A DNA stretch of 63,885 nt, the filler included, from Bigelowiella natans CCMP2755 (lineage: Eukaryota > Protista > Cercozoa): NCBI GenBank assembly GCA_000320545.1. It is 6 parts of 6 records of this genome, joined end to end, with 100 filler letters (N's around TTAATTAATTAA, not from the genome) between each part and the next. Parts side by side here need not be neighbours in the genome. Positions count along the whole stretch, not along the records: positions 48,105 to 55,567 come from ADNK01002223.1; positions 55,668 to 57,490 come from ADNK01001061.1; positions 57,591 to 63,885 come from ADNK01003598.1; 3 more parts are not named here. One strand, given 5' to 3'. The notes under the pieces are model-generated. The model saw only the letters and a list, made by a program, of their open reading frames with translations, searched no databases and was not told the origin of the DNA. Position 1 is the first letter of the stretch. Every line of letters starts with the position of its first letter. A program made the position numbers and the translations under genes. Below, in pieces: positions 53,380-63,885 of the stretch.

Positions 53380-54006
53380 CTAGATAAACTAACCTGTTTG
53401 TTCCCCCTCTTCTTCGGCTTTATGTTGCTTCCTCCTGCTGCTGCTAGTACATTATTCGCCGCAATTAGCGGGTGCTCTGCCTCCTCCTCATCGTCACTAG
53501 AGCGGCCACCAGGATCCTAATAACACAATACGGCAATGAAGCCACTACAGCACAGCGAAGAATAATCCAAAAACACGCGCTTCATCACTATATATTGCTC
53601 AGTAGGCGATGGACTTTCCTTCTTTACACAGTAGAAATAAAAAGGGTTGAAATCTTGCTCGTGACACAACTGGAGAGAGCTACAAGGGCTGCGACAGGTC
53701 ACTCGTTTGCGAAATCTCTTACCGCATCTTCTTGCTCTGGAACCTCCAATTTCTTTGACGGGGGTAGCCACCTAGCGCATACGTATGAACACATCTCAAC
53801 TAGTGACGCACGCGTGTACACTATATACTACAAAATATACATAAGAATGATACTGTGCATGCGTGCAGATATACAAGTTGATTCGTTTGGTGCGATCTGT
53901 GTGCTTGTCTGCAACGAGGACCTTGGAGGCAGCACCCCTTCCGGTATTTCGCTCGGGTCAAATCGGCCTAGCACGTCCCTTTCCAACACGACACATATAA
54001 CACACA

Positions 54007-54045
<39 letters not shown>

Positions 54046-54379
54046 GACTCTCATGAAGCCGCCTGGCAGCAGAGCTTTTAATTCCGACAATGATCAGGCA
54101 CCTTCCCATTGGGAAACCCGGGGCATTGCTTCCCACTCCTCCACCAGGTATCATCGGCTGAGCATGCCAAAATGCACGTAAGAATACATGCATAAAACAG
54201 ACACGTTAGATGAGAGATAGTCCATAAACAGAAATACTCTCTCTCTCTCTCACACATACATACATAAGCGAATGCAAAATAATTTGCGCTGTATTACCAG
54301 GCTATGCCGATTCTTCCGAGCTCCTCCTATCATTGGAAAAGGAAACAAAGTACAATTCAAGCTTATACGATAGAAATGC

Positions 54380-54415
<36 letters not shown>

Positions 54416-55380
54416 CACACACACACACACACACACACACACATCTAAAAACATACATTTTAATTTGCTTGTGAGTTTGTTTGGGAATGATCGAATCATA
54501 TTGCGCACAACACACGCAACACCTTTCAGCCCCCCCCCCGACAGATGAAGATCTCTTCGCGTCCTTTGACATAACTGGTGGGGGTGGCGGTGGTGGTGGC
54601 GGTGGTTTTGGCCTTCGTCTTATCCCTCCGACCCCCTCTCCTGCTTCATCACGCAACGTGACCACCTCCTCTATCTTAGCACTTTCTGCTTTTCCCTTAT
54701 CTGCCCGTTATGAATACGATTAGGGAAAATCCGCAAAGCGTGTCTAGTAAGTTGGCGTGGGCACAACAGCACTGTGTGCATTGAAAAATCAAATCAAACA
54801 TCATTGCCTCTCCTGATTTCAGGAACATTTCCGTGCCGAAAAGATCTGAAAGGGCTACTCTTTGTGGACGATGGGGTGATTCGCATGGCATGGCATTCAG
54901 GAGAAAAACGCGCCACCGAACCGATATCTGCCCCGCCCCCCTTCAGGCGGTCTAATTTGTCTTTGATATCCTTGTTGTGAACAACAACAAAATATCAAAA
55001 TTAGCGGTCATAGATGACAGCGAAGAATGTAAAACCCATGCGAGCCAAAACAACAGGTGATTCTTCTTCTGCTGGAACGAAGAGTTTTGCGAAAACAACA
55101 ACGACGAGTGAAATCCTGATGGAATTTCATCGCGGAACCATGCAAGAAGTAATCTCCTCTGCTAGCATTTTTGAAGAAAATATTCGAAAAGAATCCTTCG
55201 CTGAATATCCTTATTCGAAAACTGATCTGATATTGCTCCTTGTTCTCTGTATTCATTTGCATAAGTACGTTTGTACCTGGGCTTTGAGGAATTGCTGACT
55301 ATTGATAGCTTCTTGTAAATCTTTCTCTAATTGGTGCTGCATCTGATGACGAATGTGCCGTTGATATACAGTGCGGGTAC
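53380..55380 (-). CDS. Hypothetical protein, 3' exons with polyproline tract (contig-truncated)
   Basis: GT-AG-bounded coding-like blocks (IEEVVTLRDEAGEG...[11 protein letters not shown]; DVLGRFDPSEIPEGVLPPR). No family was recognised. Confidence 0.35.
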
Positions 55381-55831
55381 ATTATATACGATTTTCTCTC
55401 TCTCCCCCCCCCCCCCCCCCCCCCCCCCCCCCTTTCGCATATGTTTTCATCTCCGCGCCTCTTTCTTTCCCTCTTCTTTTCCCCCCCCCCCCCATTTCCC
55501 ACATTCTTATTTTGTAATGTGGGAGTATATATAACCCCACCTCTGGGGGTTTGCGGGGGGAAAATGANNNNNNNNNNNNNNNNNNNNNNNNNNNNNNNNN
55601 NNNNNNNNNNNTTAATTAATTAANNNNNNNNNNNNNNNNNNNNNNNNNNNNNNNNNNNNNNNNNNNNTTCTCACCCACGGTGCCCACACACACACAGTTA
55701 TTTATTACATTTATATACTGGCATATGTGCGTACAATTTGAAAGATTTTCCCCTGTCCACCTCCTCCTCCTCCTCCTCGTTCCCTCTCCCTCCAACCCTC
55801 ACAGACAAACTAAAACTACTTACTTTTCAAC

Positions 55832-56016
55832 TTGCAGAGACATATACTCCACGATTACGTCGCTGGTAATAAAATTAACAAAAAATCGATGAGAAGGATG
55901 AGTGGTGATGACTGCAAACGTGGCGACTATGATGATGGACGATGCTCATCCACTCATTTTTCTCTTCTTTTTCTTTTTAATCAATATGAAAGTCCCATCA
56001 CGATAAAGCATATATT

Positions 56017-56056
<40 letters not shown>

Positions 56057-56158
56057 ACGCCATAACATAGGGAGGATATATGTAGAGAAACCTTAATTTT
56101 CCAAGGAGCTCATCGCATGCCTCAGGGTACTGCTGGAACCTGAGCACACAAAAGCGTC

Positions 56159-56196
<38 letters not shown>

Positions 56197-57182
56197 AAAT
56201 ATATAGACACCCACTCATCTCCCCCCTTTGCTTCTATGGTGGCAAATAACACATGTAAGTACCATTGCTCGCCCATGGTTTGGTTGAAGCGTGTGTTGCC
56301 GCCCACCATGTAAAACATCAGCGTGAAGGGCGCGGCTGAGAACCCGATCAGAGGGATATCACGATTCTAATAATCCATCGGAGGAAACACCAAGGTAAGG
56401 ACGAATGGCGGCGGCGGCGGCGGATGATGGAGAAAAACCAACAACAAAGTCCGAGATGTACAAAAGCGAGGTCACCAAACAAACTAGCGAGTGGAATGAA
56501 CCTCCTTCTTGAGAGAGTTCTTGATTTCTGGAAGAGCAGCTAGCACGTGGGAGAGGCGGTCCTCAACCTGGTGATCAGGATGGGAAGATCATGCGCTTCT
56601 CATCAAACCCAAAGCCGAAGTCGAGCACACGTCGCCACCACCCCACCACCACCACCACAGTAACCAATCACACGCCTAAAGAACTACCAGCTTCCTGGGA
56701 CTCGAGACATCTATCTTGGCCACATCTTCAGGTCCCTGAATCGGGTTCGTTACCAAGATGCCCTTCCCCCCTGGCATGTCCACCTTTTTCGATCGATAGA
56801 TGTGTATAGATGCCAGCAGTTGTTTATGAGGCTATTTTGACTAGATTTTGTGTGTATTGTATGTGCGTGGTGCGCGGTGCGTGTGGGAGGGGGAGTGGGT
56901 CAGCTAATATAGGCTGCGGCGTTCGCTCTCTGATGTGCTCTAGAGCATGTGTAAATAATGGCAGCGATGGTGGAGGTGGTAGGATTGAGATAATCGTGTT
57001 CGTTCACTGGTTTCATTTACTTCCATTCGTTGCACCAAAGCGTATATGCATCACCATCACCCCAGCCACCGTCTAATCTGCTGTATTGCGTTCTCATCTA
57101 TATATCGTCCTACGTTGATATCAAGCGCTTCGGGCACAACGAGGATGTCGGAGAACAGAATGGCCGCATCGACATCGTATCT
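55832..57182 (-). CDS. hemE: Uroporphyrinogen decarboxylase, internal fragment
   Basis: [59 protein letters not shown]. Confidence 0.92.
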
Positions 57183-57590
57183 GATTGATTGAGGGATTGG
57201 TTGGTGGGTTAAGGTTGTAACAACTGCGATGTTGGACACGGAAATACAACTTAACCCCCCCCCCCCCCCCTCTCCCAGCAAATAGCACGCATGCGTGCAT
57301 GCGTGCACGCAAACGTTACACTCATCTATCGAATGTAGAAAAATATAGAAGCGGCCCGTGTGCAGCAGGTGCGGTACACGTGTTGTTGCATCTCTCTGAA
57401 GGAGTCATCTCCTCACACTTCCGCTGCTACATCAAACTTTTGCATCTATGGAAGACTACTACACACCTGCGAAGAGGCTGCATAGTCACTNNNNNNNNNN
57501 NNNNNNNNNNNNNNNNNNNNNNNNNNNNNNNNNNTTAATTAATTAANNNNNNNNNNNNNNNNNNNNNNNNNNNNNNNNNNNNNNNNNNNN

Positions 57591-57959
57591 GGAGGGAGGC
57601 GATTGTGATTTGTACGAGGTCGGTAGGAAGGTGAGATACAAATTGGATTATCCTGTGAATTTTAAAGGAGAGAAACAAATAGGCAATTCAGGGAGGGCGA
57701 CATAAGATATTCGTTGAAACCGCACAAAATTGAAAACATATTATTATTACCTGACCGACCAGTAAGATATATTTTGGAAGGTGTTTTAGACAAAACTTTC
57801 AGCAAGAATCAACTGAAACCTGCTGAAAACGACATAGTCAAAAAAGCAATTGAGAAAAAAACACCGAAACCGAGGGAGAAGTGGACTGATGAACCTGTTG
57901 AAATACGGACAAGTAAGCGAAAAAGAAAGCAAGTTGATAGGGGATTCTTTGTGAGTTAA
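57591..57959 (+). pseudogene. C-terminal part of an rve-type (Polinton/virophage-like) integrase, with apparent frameshift near 57690
   Basis: YEVGRKVRYKLDYP.../FREGDIRYSLKPHKIENILLLPDRPVRYILEG..KTFSKNQL resembles the post-catalytic SH3-like tail of these integrases. The catalytic core lies beyond the contig edge. Confidence 0.55.
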
Positions 57960-58027
57960 TTTTCACCAGGAACTGAAATATCTATCGTTGTTAATCTCTA
58001 CTGACCATCAAACATTAGCTTGGTGTA

Positions 58028-59086
58028 GTGATGTCTTACATCATTCATATGTTGGGTGTGGCTGTTGGGTATGGTAGCATTGCTTTTATCCGTCCTCTTG
58101 GGTATGGTAAGCAATTTGCGGTTTTTGTTCTGGTGGTGGTTTTAGCAACACTGTGGGACTCCCCACATCGCTTCAACAGTTCAGGACCACCTCCCTTTCT
58201 GAAAGAATGGTGGACGAAAATCCCTGATATGAATACTGGGAGGAGATATTTGGGAGTGGCCGTTGGGGATGGCAAACTGTTTGCTGTGGGTGGAGATGAT
58301 ACTGGTAACAACAGGTTTAAATCAGGAGAGTATCTGGATTTGAAGAATGTGGATGCGGGGTGGAAGAAACTTCCTGATATGGATACTAAGAGGAGTTATT
58401 TGGGTGTGGCCGTTGGGGGTGGCAAACTGTTTGCTGTTGGTGGGGTTGGTGAAAAATCTGGGGAGTATCTGGATTTGAATAAAATGGATGCGGGGTGGAC
58501 GAAACTTCCTGATATGGATACTAAGAGATATGCTTTGGGTGTGGCCGTTGGGGATGGCAAACTGTTTGCTGTTGGTGGAGAGGATGGTGCTAATTATCTC
58601 AAATCTGGGGAGTATCTGGATTTGAAGAATGTGGATGCGGGGTGGACGAAAATCCCTGATATGTATATGAAGAGGTGGGCTTTGGGTGTGGCCGTTGGGG
58701 ATGGCAAACTGTTTGCTGTTGGTGGGTCAGATTCTAATGTTTATTATCACAATTGTTTGAAATCTGTGGAGTATCTGGATTTGAAGAATGTGGATGCGGG
58801 GTGGAAGAAACTGCTTGATATGCATACTGAGAGGCAGTATTTGGGTGTGGCCGTTGGGGATGGCAAACTGTTTGCTGTTGGTGGGTATGATGGTAGTAAT
58901 ACTCTCAAATCTGGGGAGTATCTGGATTTGAAGAATGTGGATGCGGGTTGGAAGGCACTGCCTGATATGAATACTAAGAAGTATGCATTGGGTGTGGCCG
59001 TTGGGGATGGCAAACTGTTTGCTGTTGGTGGGAGGGATGGTGGTAATACTCACAAATCGGGGGAGTATCTTCGCATCGCTATGTAG
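58028..59086 (+). CDS. Six-bladed kelch-repeat protein with N-terminal hydrophobic anchor
   Basis: Six copies of W..(L/I)PDM...R..LGVAVGDGKLFAVGG......KSGEYLDL, near-identical at DNA level; TM-like FAVFVLVVVLATLW; intronless. Confidence 0.92.
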   Translation: MMSYIIHMLGVAVGYGSIAFIRPLGYGKQFAVFVLVVVLATLWDSPHRFNSSGPPPFLKEWWTKIPDMNTGRRYLGVAVGDGKLFAVGGDDTGNNRFKSGEYLDLKNVDAGWKKLPDMDTKRSYLGVAVGGGKLFAVGGVGEKSGEYLDLNKMDAGWTKLPDMDTKRYALGVAVGDGKLFAVGGEDGANYLKSGEYLDLKNVDAGWTKIPDMYMKRWALGVAVGDGKLFAVGGSDSNVYYHNCLKSVEYLDLKNVDAGWKKLLDMHTERQYLGVAVGDGKLFAVGGYDGSNTLKSGEYLDLKNVDAGWKALPDMNTKKYALGVAVGDGKLFAVGGRDGGNTHKSGEYLRIAM

Positions 59087-59130
59087 ACTGCTTCCGCACA
59101 CACACCGGGTCCAGTCTGGAGCAAATATAG

Positions 59131-59349
59131 TTATTTGTAGCCATCTACAACTTCGCTCATTAGACAAATGTGGACTTCCATCAGTTTATCTCTTAGTTTG
59201 CGATAGAATTCAGGATTCAGTTCGGCTTTTAGTTCATCTATTACGAGGACGATTTCACTAAGTTTATAGTCAACATCATAGATTTTGTCTGCTGTGCTAC
59301 TTTTATTTACTTGATTAATATTACTCATATTAATCTTATAGTGAGACAT
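59131..59349 (-). CDS. Small hypothetical virus-like protein
   Basis: A 72-aa ATG-initiated helical-looking ORF in the AT-rich element. Confidence 0.4.
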   Translation of the reverse strand: MSHYKINMSNINQVNKSSTADKIYDVDYKLSEIVLVIDELKAELNPEFYRKLRDKLMEVHICLMSEVVDGYK

Positions 59350-59435
59350 TTCTTTAAATGAAAATCATAGTTGGATGTTTTGTAAAAGTGGAATCCTTTT
59401 GCTAATAGCATATGTTGTTAAGTATGTATGTTGTA

Positions 59436-59600
59436 GCAGTCGCATGTGTATAGCACGGCATATCGCTTCGTAATAGCAGTTTATTAGCACGGCATATTGC
59501 TTAGTCGCATATGTATTAGCACGGCATATCGCTTCGTAATAGCAGTGTATTAGCACGGCATATTGCTTCGTAATAGCAGTCGCATATAAGCAGTCGCATA
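59436..59600. repeat. Imperfect tandem repeats (tagcacggcatat[c/t]gcttcgtaatagcagt), related to repeats at 60400-60480 and 60640-60770
   Basis: Four starts of tagcacggcatat and recurring gtcgcat motifs. Confidence 0.85.
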
Positions 59601-59729
59601 AATGAATATCATACAAATTTGATACGATATTTATTTATTTTGTAAAAACTTGTGGTAAAATATCCTTGTAGGTATACCATTTGAATATTAATTGTTTGTT
59701 TCATAGGTAGGAACACATATTTGTATGTT

Positions 59730-60152
59730 CTACTTTGTTGTTGGTGTGTGTTTTTGTCTTGTCTTCAAACATTTCTTGGTTCTTTGATGTCTTCGTAAAT
59801 GCTTTTTGGTTATAGCACAATTACAGAACTCACAATCTACCTTTTGTTTCATTTCTTCTAACATTTTTTCTTTGTTTGCTTCTCTATATTTTTTGTTGTA
59901 TTGTTTTATCTTTTCTTTGTTCGCTTCTCTGTATTCTTTCTTTTGTTGATTTATTTTTTCTTTGTTTGCTTCTCTGTAGTTTTTGCTGTATTGTTTCATT
60001 TTTTCTTTGTTCTTCATTCTATATATTTTGGTCGCTATTCTCATTTCTTCTTTTAACAATTTATGTAACTTTCTTCTATCATTTTTAATTTTTCCCTCCA
60101 AAGCACAACCTTTTTCCATACTGACACACTCCTCTTTCAAACTATTTCTCAT
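59730..60152 (-). CDS. Virus-type basic protein with YREANKEK repeats and C-terminal Zn finger
   Basis: 3x YREANKEK followed by CEFCNCAITKKHLRRHQRTKKC, an architecture common in NCLDV, virophage and transpoviron ORFs. Confidence 0.75.
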   Translation of the reverse strand: MRNSLKEECVSMEKGCALEGKIKNDRRKLHKLLKEEMRIATKIYRMKNKEKMKQYSKNYREANKEKINQQKKEYREANKEKIKQYNKKYREANKEKMLEEMKQKVDCEFCNCAITKKHLRRHQRTKKCLKTRQKHTPTTK

Positions 60153-60685
60153 TTTAGCGACATCAAGTTGTATTATTTTTATGTTTTTTCTTATTTTTAA
60201 TAATTCATTTTTTACTCTTCCATTAATGTTATAATATTCAATTCTTTATATCGTTTTCCTCTTCATTTTTAATTTCAACCCCACACAAATTAGTGCTTTC
60301 TTTTACCTCCTTCATTTTATAATTAATGAGGGCTTCTGGGGCTTTTCAAAAACGAAAACATACCCAGATAAAACATAAGTATAATAATGTAATATGATAC
60401 AGCATAATGCTGTCGCACAACATAGTCGCATATCGCTTCGCACCGCACAGCACATAGCACATAGCACGGCACGGCACATAATTAAGGGGGGAATGTGGGG
60501 CATTACAAAAACCAAACTTTTTATAATATATATATATATATATTAAAATACTTACATACTTTATATATACTGCCCCCGCCCTCAAAAAATGCCCCCTGGG
60601 AAACACAAGTATAACAATGCAATATGATACAGCATAATAATACAGTCGCATATGCTGTCGCATAACACAGTCGCATCGCTTTGCG

Positions 60686-60837
60686 GTGTGATGTGTAAGT
60701 AATAATAATAATAATTATTATAACCGCTAACAACAACATCACAAGTTGCAGTCGCATCGCTTTGCGAGGTGTGCCTTGCACACATACCGCTATTAGCGGT
60801 TATAATAATCATTATTATTATTACTTACACATCACAC
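60686..60837. repeat. ~45-bp inverted repeat (60686-60730 / 60793-60837), potential terminal hairpin
   Basis: gtgtgatgtgtaagtaataataataataattattataaccgctaa versus its reverse complement, with one TA/TG difference. Confidence 0.9.
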
Positions 60838-61799
60838 ACGAGTGACGACGACGCAAAGCATTCATCCTGCGCTGACAGTGATTCTAGCATGCACCAAAAA
60901 TGAGCATCCTCTTTTACGATGTGTCCCCGATTTTTTATTAACGACAAGGAAAGAATTCACAGTACGAGGAAAATCTAAAAAATTAAAAATCTTCACACGT
61001 GAGAAAGTGTTTTGTCGTAAGCACAAAATTTGCGCACCAAAAACCCGATGCGACCTCGTCAGACCTTGAGCGATTTCGTACTCCGCACATTAATCCGCAT
61101 TCTATTTGAAATCATAATTATCATGATGTCGCCATTAAAAAAAGGAAGGAATTTTGTTAGTTTTGGTCACACAGAGGAAACTTTCAAAATCTGTACAATC
61201 AATTTTCAATCTCGCCCGGACGAGCAACGGAAGAGCCAGTGAACAACACGGGGGGGGCGGTGTTCTTTCGTACACAGTCGTAAAAGTCCAGAGGAGGCCC
61301 CTATTGGAGAAGAGACAGTCAGAACCAGAGAATGGACAAATCTGATGAGAAAAAGCTGAGCAGACGCAGGAGTTCCGCGGCGGTCCTTGAAGGTAAGCTT
61401 TTCGGGTGCTTGAAAAATGTCGTAGAAGCGAAAGGCGACTGCCTCCTTTCCTTAAACTCTGCACAGCCAAGAATTTTTTCGAGCTGCTTGTAAATCCCTT
61501 CTTCGAAATCCGTGTGCATGTAAGCATTTACCCCTGGTTGTTCACAAATTCAGGGTCCGCTCCTATCAAACGAGGGCGCGACCGAATTCCAGTCGGTGCG
61601 GGCATTTGGCTCCTTTGGGTATGTCGGAAGATCGTTTTCAATCTAGAACCTAACAACGAGAGCCGGTGGGGATGGGAATGGGAATGGGAATGGAGGCGGG
61701 GGGAAGATTGAAATTCAGATATCATCTTTTCCCAATTGCCCCACTAGCTCGCAGATATATATTTGGTAAATTGAGGTATTGTTGTGTTTTATTATGTTT

Positions 61800-61911
61800 T
61801 TCGCTGGAATTCGATTTTCAGGTTGGGGTAGGCGCGAACGCTACGCTTTCCTCTCTTGGATACCACTGGATCATCGCTCAGGTACTGCGTCCTGCTATGT
61901 GATGATAGCGA

Positions 61912-61947
<36 letters not shown>

Positions 61948-62120
61948 TACATACATTTTATAAGCAATTTATCGTTGATGGTACAAATCTATATTTTTGG
62001 AGTAGCACCGTAATACTCATAGCCTGATATTTGTAATGATCCTATGTATCTCCAGTCGATCTCGTGCATCTTTTTCTTTATCTGGGGCATCTATAACGTG
62101 GATCTTTCCGCGGTACTACT

Positions 62121-62160
<40 letters not shown>

Positions 62161-62175
62161 TATATCCCAAACCTA

Positions 62176-62236
<61 letters not shown>

Positions 62237-62969
62237 ATACACATAAGAAATAGGAGGAGGAGGAGGAGGAGGAAGGGGGGGGATGGGGAGAGAGTAACCT
62301 GGGAACTCAGACCCCGACATGAATCATCTCATATAAAATATTCTCCTATTGCAACTTCTCCTTTGGGTCACAACGCCATGCATTCCGATTTCACCGTGAT
62401 ACTCCCCCCTCCCCCCCCCCCCCGGCAAAAGGGTGTGGCAACGCTTCCTATTCGCCTTTGTCGAGATTTTTTTCCGCGACTTCGATGTCGCTGGCCTGAC
62501 GAACGTTCCAACTGAGGGGCCGGTAGTATTCATAACACCACGCTGCGTCACCACACGTTCCCCTTTGCGCGTTGCAAGATACATTTAATGGATATTAGAT
62601 TAGGAGGAGAATATCCATAAATCTTCACCTGAAAATGGCGTTGCTTACAGGATGGATTCGTGTCTTCACCCATCCTCCCCCCCCCCTCATCTTTCTCTTT
62701 TCTCCTAAAAAGGTGATATTCGCCTGTGCCCCCCACAACAACCAGTTTGTGGACGGCCTTTGCGTGCTGAAGGGCATTCCCGCTCGCAGTGATATAGGGT
62801 TCCTTGTCGCAGGGTCCTCCATGAGGCGGCAAGTCGTCGGAGACTTGGCCAAGGCCATCAATAGTATTCCAGTGGAGCGGCCGCAGGATCTTGCCGTCAA
62901 GGGGGAAGGGAAAGTGATATTGACATCGGGGGCAGGTTGTCCTTAAACACGCTTTCAAATGCACGCACG

Positions 62970-63011
<42 letters not shown>

Positions 63012-63807
63012 CGCGCGCGTACATAGACTTATTGTTATTTTCCCGGACATCTTAAATAGTTCATCCCCCCCCCCCCCCCCCCCTCCAGTCGAGCAGCGCA
63101 AAAATCCCATTCACAATGGCCATGAAGCTTAAGAACAGCGCTCGCAGCCAATACTTACGCCACTCTATCGCTCCCCCATAACGCCAGAGCATGGCGGCCC
63201 ACCCGGACAGCGCAATGCCGGACAATGGGTTATTCTTAAAGCGAAAAAGGCCTTGTTGACCGGGAAGCGGCGAACCGGGTCTGTGGCAGATTCCCTTGCC
63301 CTCGGTCCCCTCCCCCCCCCAAATCCGTCGCGGAAGTAGGCAACAACCTTTCCACAATGAGAAGGGGATCTTACGTCAAATTCCCCTGGGAAACATCGAA
63401 ACCCCGCGATGGAACCAAAAAAAAAAAGGAAAGTCCCCCCCAGCAAAATTTAATTCCTCTTTCATTCATAGAAATCCATTTTGGCCTGGGAATTATGAAA
63501 GTGTCAAAAGTGTAGAAATGTGTTTCAAGACCATTATGTCTAGGGGAATTTTGGGAGGTGTCCGAAGATATCCATTAACCTTCCTTGTTAATTTTCACCC
63601 AGGTTATTTCGAAACCTCACAAGGGAAGAGAAGTAATTCCTTCAATCCCTTTGATGGAAAAAGACCCGTTTTTTTTATACCCCCCCCCCCCCCCCTCATC
63701 CTCTTCCTCAATCTCACTCTCACCGCTTGGTCCTCGGTGAAATTTCGCCTTTTGTGGGCGCGTAGCACAGCTTCTGCAAAATAAATCAAAACGACGCCAT
63801 TGAGCAT
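61800..63807 (-). CDS. Multi-exon hypothetical gene; one exon resembles the N-terminus of sulfotransferase-family proteins
   Basis: FKNNPLSGIALSGWAAMLWRYGGAIEWRKYWLRALFLSFMAIVNGIFALLDW (63083-63250). No PAPS-binding loop was found downstream. Confidence 0.35.
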
Positions 63808-63885
63808 TTTAGATTCGTGAGCGCGAGGAGAGGGCGAGCGCGCTGTGTTGCATTACGCAATGATGCTGACAAGCAACATCCACAA

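Larger units (their letters stand above)
57591..60840. mobile_element. Partial endogenous virophage/Polinton-like element (right part and probable terminus)
   Basis: AT-rich, intronless, densely packed ORFs (integrase-like tail, kelch, small coiled ORF, Zn-finger), followed by a repeat- and hairpin-rich end and then a return to host-like composition. Confidence 0.65.

Noticed and set aside
24813-57590. Recurrent TTAATTAATTAA motif inside N-runs (5 times)
   Set aside because: It is an artificial scaffold linker, not biological, and gene adjacency across it is meaningless.
3470-59075. Diversity-generating retroelement explanation for ankyrin/kelch variability or the A-to-G changes
   Set aside because: No reverse transcriptase or template/variable repeat pair is seen. 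The changes are TpA-specific transitions on both strands rather than A-to-N on one strand.
59436-59600. Short repeats resembling a CRISPR array
   Set aside because: The repeats are tandem and degenerate with no unique spacers, there are no cas genes, and the context is eukaryotic.
958-63010. Many short ORFs with poly-HT, YI, CV, RE, LS or poly-S/I tracts
   Set aside because: They are translations of intronic (CA)n, (TA)n, (GA)n and trinucleotide microsatellites.

Overview
This is eukaryotic nuclear DNA, most likely from a chlorarachniophyte (Rhizaria). That is an inference from short microsatellite-filled GT-AG introns, a SufE with a signal-plus-transit-like leader and a mitochondrial-type leader on pyruvate kinase. 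Six unrelated contigs are joined by artificial N-TTAATTAATTAA-N spacers. Host genes include an ankyrin-Roc-COR (Roco) protein, an EF-hand membrane protein, a LigB/Memo-like protein, pyruvate kinase, an ankyrin-MYND protein, a VPS13 fragment, a SnoaL/NTF2 protein, SufE, an NYN/cold-shock protein, MATE, CCDC65/DRC2 and UROD. There are two AT-rich virus-like insertions. The first is a 5.85-kb element bounded by ~300-350 bp terminal inverted repeats (TIRs; 30994-36846) that carries decayed helicase/HNH, Zn-ribbon and GIY-YIG-like ORFs plus an intact Crinkler/RHS-type NTPase-nuclease gene. The second is a partial element (57591-~60840) with an integrase tail, a kelch gene and a Zn-finger ORF. The strongest unexpected signal is a dinucleotide-specific mutational footprint in which TpA is converted to TpG/CpA (A-to-G on either strand). 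About 630 bp of AT-rich element DNA contains no TA at all. Repeat copies in both elements differ mostly at TA vs CA/TG, Tyr codons appear converted to His/Cys, and surviving TAs sit almost only in CTA/TAG/CTAG. This looks like a RIP-like, adenine-targeted genome-defence or hypermutation process acting on mobile elements and intergenic DNA. The responsible enzyme is not identifiable in this window. All counts were done by eye and exon boundaries are approximate.
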